In this document: positions 61,103 to 64,000 of the stretch, piece after piece
Layout: each line of letters opens with the position of its first letter
How positions within the stretch are numbered: position 1 is the first letter of the stretch
Source of the DNA: the human T2T-CHM13v2.0 reference genome, Homo sapiens
Length of the DNA stretch: 64,000 bases
Assembly (NCBI RefSeq): GCF_009914755.1
Contig: NC_060926.1
Direction: 5' to 3' (one strand)
The notes under the pieces: generated by a model
Told to the model about the DNA's origin: nothing
Databases searched by the model: none
The model's input: only the letters and a program-made list of their open reading frames with translations
Program-made: the position numbers and the translations under genes

Positions 61103-63429
61103 CAATGACCTCAGAGAACATGTGTACACTTCTGAATATGCTTGAGACCTTAAGATGTCAATATGGTAGTGGTTTTAACTTGGACAGGGTATCCAAAATG
61201 TGATATAAGTGCTAAGTCTTACCCATCCAGAAAGTAGAGTTGAGATTGTTGATAAGTTTCTATCTCAGGTAAGTGTCACGTAAGGAACTAGGGTTGGACT
61301 GAATGTGTAACAATGAGGTGAGCGCATCGACTCGAAGTCCAGGTGGGAGATATTGGGGAGGGAAGACATGCTTGAAATAAATCCAGGGGTCTGAAATGTT
61401 CTACTCCTTCTGAGTGGAGATAAGTGTGGCGCACAACCTTTTAAATATACAAAGGACAGAAACACTGCTAGAACATAAAACTGAATACTCAGTACAACAA
61501 GGGAAACATCTATAGTGGACTCATCCTGCAAATTGCAAACTTTCCTATGAGTGACCCTTACAAGGAAGCTTAACTTTCAGGGGTTTATCTTGATTTCTTT
61601 TGGTAAGAAGCTAGGGTGTAGAGTTAGAAGGTGGATTTCAAATGCAATAATTTCTCTCCTTATCAATTTGCTGGCCTTGGTCATGTTGCTTGATCTCGCC
61701 TATCTTTCAGTAATAAATAAAAACTCCCTCTGCGATATAATTTATGAATGAAATAAATTATCAAATATAGTAAGATACAAAGGTACTTTTAGAAGTTTTA
61801 TAGGAGTAACTGTAATTTTATTTTATTATTTAGCCATGCTTGTGCGTGAGTATTTTTAAGTACCAGGAGTTAGGGTAAGTAACTACAGCTACAACCACAG
61901 GGTGAACGTATTAGTTTTTTCTTGCTTTCTTACACTGAGAAGAGAGAAGATTAAGGACAGACATTTTGTGGTTTATTTCACCCCCATTCCCAATTTTCAC
62001 AAGGAGTCAATACCATCCTTTAGTGGAGTAATAAAATCAACATGACATTCACAATTTACTAGGCAAGCTGAAGTACTTTCCTAGGGGGGTTTCAGTAATG
62101 AAATACTGTCATTCACTTCATCAATCTCAAAATCAAATTGAAGGCCTAGGGGAAAGTATCCCTGAAGAATTAACATTTTTCATGTTGCATATCTGTATAA
62201 TACAATAATTTTTAAAGTAGAGGCAATTTTTTCCTGGGTGTCATAAAATAGGGAAAGAAGGTAAAATGGTAAATTGAAATGAGCCTGAAAAGTCCTGTGT
62301 TCAGCATCTTCCAATTTACATTTCTATGGTCTGTTTATAATGGTTTGGAATCCTTCACTGCAAAATAATTGGTATTTTCTTTTATAAGGTAGTTTTCTAC
62401 TTCTTCTAATGATTCTCATCTTGTTAGTGATGGTTGAAAACAGGTTCCAAAACAGACGATTTCATAGCTTTATTCTTTTTCACTTTAGTGAGCCCCTTAC
62501 GATTCTGCACAGGGTAAGCATTTGACACCTATCTTCCAAAATCGCAAGGCTAGCAACAGCAGACAGCAAACACAGCTCCATACTATTTCATTCAATCCTT
62601 TTGTGAAGGATTCTGAATAAATAAGGGGCTCCTTGAATGACCTGCCTTCATATTCTTCGGAGAACAGGGCAATTCTCCCTTTGTTTGAAAATACAAAACC
62701 ACTGTGGACGATTTTGGAGTGTCTCATGGTAACACAGAGAGGAAAGGAGGCTGCCATTTTCTTCTTTCTAGATTTGCGCACAGTTGGTGTTTGAAGAAAG
62801 TTTCCATTTCTGAAATGTTAGTACTGACAGAGTAAAATGAAAGGGAAAAGGCACAGAGCCTGCCCTTGAGTTGCTCATAGATACAACAGAATTATTTTAG
62901 TTTACCAATGTTTCTAATATTATTTGATACTATTCTTAGGCTGAAAGATATATGTATAGACAACCCTGGAACTTTATTGAGTGCTACTTTTATTGTATGA
63001 AAGGAAGGGAAAAAACATATGTTTAAAATACAAATTATTATTGTCAGCTTTTCTCAGTTAATTTTTATGGGATGCCTAAATTGAATTGTAATCATCATTC
63101 CTTCCTATGTATTCATTATACCCTTTTCTAAAAAGGACATCGCAGTCAAAAAACTCTACCTCCCCTCCTATTTTGAAATACCAGGAGTTAGGGTAAGTAA
63201 CTATAGCTACAACCATGTCATCGTGAACCATGTCATCCTCCTGCAGTCTCAGGTCAAACTCCTCATCTCTACCTTCAGAGGAATTACCTTCTACATTTAA
63301 AATAGTTATTCTTGCTCACATTTAAGTGGTAAAAATTAAGTGATAATAAGGGCCCATAATGAGAGGTAGTCCCCTTGTTCATCCATCTGTTCTTCCAGTC
63401 AGGATCCTTAGAGGAGGCCAATTTTTATT

Positions 63430-63570
63430 TTTGAACACTCAATAAATAGTTATTAATTTTATTATGTTTGAGGCACTTCTCCATTCACTCACTCAAAAAT
63501 ATTACTTGAGTCACAAATATGACAGCCCTTGTGCTAGGCACTAGTGATTTGAATTTGAAATAGACAGAAA
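63430..63570. mobile_element. L2 3'-end remnants
   Basis: cactcaataaatagt; cattcactcactcaaaaatattacttgagtcac...tgtgctaggcact. Confidence 0.5.
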
Positions 63571-64000
63571 ACAGACATGGTGGTTAAAAGCTGCAGACCA
63601 TGAGTTTTCAAGCAGCCGATGTGAAGGGATAGATCTCTCCCTGCTCCAATGTATTTCAGACTGGTGCTATTTTGTGCAATATAGTACCAAAAAAATGAAA
63701 TAAAAAATAAAAATTACAAACCAAACACTTAATTATTATATTCAACAAACAAAACTATCACTGTCAAATTGCTAGGCAAGTTTCTAAGACCTTAGTTGCC
63801 ATTTGCTCATCAAGACAGGTAACTTGAAATTTCTGGACTGAAAAAGCAGGGGAAACACATTTGAGAAGCATCTGTATAGGTTATGAGACACAAACACAGC
63901 TGGGGACCACTTTCTTCTAATTCCTCTTACCTTTTGGTATGTCTCTACCAGCACCCCTCAGGCTGCTGAGAACTGCCCTTCTCTTCAGAGGTAGCCTGGC

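Noticed and set aside
62497-62781. 94-aa minus-strand ORF
   Set aside because: Non-ATG start and no recognisable domain; kept only as a possible non-coding exon.

Overview
AT-rich, CpG-poor primate genomic DNA, most likely human or great ape (AluY copies and an L1PA2-type 3' end). Roughly half of the window is recognisable transposable-element sequence: decayed L1s (dense at 1-11, 21-29 and 47-51 kb), nine Alus, a near-complete THE1 MaLR provirus, solo MaLR/ERVL LTRs, Tigger/MER DNA transposons, MIR and L2. I find no supportable protein-coding gene, RNA gene or CpG island. The ORF track is explained by TE remnants, simple repeats and chance ORFs. I do not see a novel biological system. The most notable observations are three co-oriented AluY copies sharing non-consensus substitutions and an expanded middle A-linker, two short near-exact dispersed duplications in unique DNA, a switch in retroelement orientation near 36 kb, and a few motif clusters and splice-site pairs in unique DNA. 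Subfamily names come from my recollection of consensus sequences, not from a search, and boundaries of old repeats are approximate.
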